DNA from: Gemmatimonadales bacterium
Lineage (GTDB): Bacteria > Gemmatimonadota > Gemmatimonadetes > Gemmatimonadales > GWC2-71-9
Assembly: GCA_041613315.1 (NCBI GenBank)
Contig: JBFJHJ010000008.1
Coordinates: 20,544 to 84,543, forward strand
Length of the DNA: 64,000 nt
Direction of reading: 5' to 3'
Position 1 is the stretch's first letter. The number at the start of each line of letters is the position of its first letter. Below, one piece after another: positions 62,355 to 64,000 of this stretch. The notes below the pieces were generated by a model. That model was not told the DNA's origin and searched no databases. It saw only the letters and a list, made by a program, of their open reading frames with translations. Made by a program: the position numbers and the translations under genes.

Positions 62355-63002
62355 ATGCGATACCGACGATTCCTCCTCGCCGCCGCCCTCTATCTCCCCC
62401 TCTCCCTCACCGCGCAGGAAGGCCCAACCGTCATCACCCAGGCCGGCGCATCCTATTCGCTGCGGCCGGGCGACATTATTCGCATCACGGTGTGGGGTCG
62501 CGCGGAGTACTCAGGCCAGTATCAGGTCGACGAAACGGGGAAGATCCACTACCCGATCCTGGGGGAGATCGACACCGAGGGGATGACGGTGGCGACGCTC
62601 CGCGAGACCCTGCGGAGCGGCCTGGCCACGCTGTTCACCAACCCCTTCGTCACGATCACCCCCCTGTTCCGCATCGGAGTCCTGGGCCAGGTGCGCAACC
62701 CCGGCCTGTACACGGTGGACCCCACGTTGAGCGTGCTGGATATCGTGGCGCTGGCCGGCGGTGCCACCGACGTCGGCAACATGAACAACATCCGCTTGTT
62801 CCGCTCGGGGAGCGAGATGCGCATCAACTTCGAGCAGGAGAGCGTCCGGGCGCGGACGCTCGGGGAGATCGGGTTGCGGTCCGGCGACCAAGTCCTCGTG
62901 CCGCGCAAGTTCTTCACGCGTCAAGACTTCGGACTCCTCCTCCAACTCGCGCAGATCGCCCTGTCGATCGCCATTTTCGTCAACACGGTCAACAGTCCCT
63001 GA
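62355..63002 (+). CDS. Polysaccharide export (Wza/Poly_export + SLBB) protein
   Basis: Signal peptide; YSLRPGDIIRITVW, VLGQVRNPG.Y, ALAGG, LRSGD.V.VP. Confidence 0.85.
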   Translation: MRYRRFLLAAALYLPLSLTAQEGPTVITQAGASYSLRPGDIIRITVWGRAEYSGQYQVDETGKIHYPILGEIDTEGMTVATLRETLRSGLATLFTNPFVTITPLFRIGVLGQVRNPGLYTVDPTLSVLDIVALAGGATDVGNMNNIRLFRSGSEMRINFEQESVRARTLGEIGLRSGDQVLVPRKFFTRQDFGLLLQLAQIALSIAIFVNTVNSP

Positions 63003-63011
63003 TCCGGTCGG

Positions 63012-63040
63012 TTGCATCGGCCGGTGGGCGCCGTTAGACT
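63012..63040 (+). promoter_or_regulatory. Sigma-70 promoter of tRNA-Asn
   Basis: TTGCAT-N17-TAGACT. Confidence 0.65.
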
Positions 63041-63053
63041 GCCCTGCGCCGCG

Positions 63054-63085
63054 GGACCACCCGACCGCCTCACCACCCGACCGTC
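63054..63085 (-). repeat. Four-unit octamer repeat in the tRNA-Asn leader
   Basis: ggaccacc cgaccgcc tcaccacc cgaccgtc. Confidence 0.7.
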
Positions 63086-63127
63086 CGGCACCGCCAGGGG
63101 GAGATGGACCGGGTCCCCCCGCGACGT

Positions 63128-63200
63128 TCCGGAGTAGCTCAGCTGGTAGAGCAGACGGCTGTTAACCGTCGGGTCGGGGGTTCGAGTCCCTCCTCCGGAG
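63128..63200 (+). tRNA. tRNA-Asn (GTT)
   Basis: TCCGGAGTAGCTCAGCTGGTAGAGCAGACGGCTGTTAACCGTCGGGTCGGGGGTTCGAGTCCCTCCTCCGGAG; CCA not encoded. Confidence 0.97.
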
Positions 63201-63281
63201 TTTCGCAGAGAACGCTCGGTCGGCTGGCCGGGCGTCGTGTGTCTTGGGAACGTCAAGGGACGTACCGCGGCGGTGGACACG

Positions 63282-63623
63282 ATGCTCCTCTGCAGGAAGT
63301 GTCACTGCGGCAGTGGTTGTACCAACGCCAAGTGGTGCGAGATGAAGTTCACCTTCGGCCCTGTTTCATATGGGCGGTGTGACATCTGCCATAACAGGGA
63401 TTTCAAGGGGGCGAACGCTGATCAACGTCAGGAGTGCGTGACGTGTACGTCTGGCGATTACTCCGAGCCACCCGACACGCCAGAAGTATTGAGCCCATGG
63501 GGCGGCATGACGGCCTGTCGTCCTCCGTCTCACGAGACCGCGACGGCTCCCATTGTTCGGGATTGCGGTCCGCGTCAGCGTCGCGTTGCAGCTGCCGTGA
63601 GTTGCGGCGGTGAACACCCCTGA
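63282..63623 (+). CDS. Cys-rich hypothetical protein (possible Zn finger)
   Basis: CRKCHC, CDICH, CVTC motifs; atypical codon usage; 3' part overlaps an antisense ORF. Confidence 0.4.
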   Translation: MLLCRKCHCGSGCTNAKWCEMKFTFGPVSYGRCDICHNRDFKGANADQRQECVTCTSGDYSEPPDTPEVLSPWGGMTACRPPSHETATAPIVRDCGPRQRRVAAAVSCGGEHP

Positions 63624-63797
63624 CGCGTGCCCGCCCACGGGCGTGCCCTGACGCAAATCCACGCGCCCACACCGCGTCTTCACGTACGCGTAGTATCCGC
63701 AGACGCAGGATTCCGTTGCCCGGCCATCGCGGTCGGTGCCGAACTGCAAACGCAGGTCGCATCCCCGACAGCGTGGTGCACCGCCGTCCGACACCAT
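63366..63797 (-). CDS. Possible small Zn-ribbon protein
   Basis: CRGC-(17 aa)-CVCG near the N-terminus; long tail overlapping the opposite ORF is doubtful. Confidence 0.3.
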   Translation of the reverse strand: MVSDGGAPRCRGCDLRLQFGTDRDGRATESCVCGYYAYVKTRCGRVDLRQGTPVGGHASGVFTAATHGSCNATLTRTAIPNNGSRRGLVRRRTTGRHAAPWAQYFWRVGWLGVIARRTRHALLTLISVRPLEIPVMADVTPPI

Positions 63798-64000
63798 CCC
63801 GGCGCGATCCAGTTTCAGCCGCGAGCGGTTCAATTGTGCCGGTGGGCGATGCGCCCGCAGCGGTTCACTCTGTTCATGGTGCTCTCTCCGTGGTGCGAAA
63901 ATGAAGGGGGTCCCTGAGGTTCTGTAACGCGCGGTAATAGTAGAGCGGCGTCGGCCGCCTGCCCTGGAACTTCAGCCTCTTCAGAAAGTCGATTTCCTCC

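Noticed and set aside
63282..63623. Diheme cytochrome c call from two CXXCH motifs
   Set aside because: No signal peptide, and extra CXXC/Cys residues point to a cytoplasmic Zn-binding protein or a spurious ORF

Overview
GC-rich bacterial chromosomal window; gene content and style suggest Gemmatimonadota (inference). Most of it is housekeeping: typA, CDF and CorC-type transporters, the BatA/DUF58-mfd-surA-pdxA cluster, lepA-ROK-PfkB...ftsE-ftsX-envC, nrfHA, a TetR-TolC-HlyD-ABC efflux operon, pcm, nfo, alkaline phosphatase, a metal-uptake operon, maeB, pckA, FHA/PP2C genes, uvrA and a wza-like gene. It is bracketed by tRNA-Ile(GAT) and tRNA-Asn(GTT), each followed by accessory-looking DNA. 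The most notable observations are: (1) dispersed short tandem-repeat elements with 7-, 8- and about 9-bp periods, usually exactly four units per arm, found between genes and also in frame inside typA (54 bp with a 14-bp direct repeat), pdxA (75-bp palindrome) and probably mfd; (2) a DUF2946/CruR-like Cys/His leader ORF ending in an RAPP ribosome-arrest motif, upstream of a porin-ZnuA-ZnuB operon that lacks an ATPase; (3) an uncharacterised STAS-HATPase plus STAS-wHTH pair embedded in the lepA-sugar kinase-ftsEX operon; (4) a CXXCH-type NrfA; (5) a decayed duplicate of a gene's 3' end. All calls come from reading the sequence; no database searches were run.
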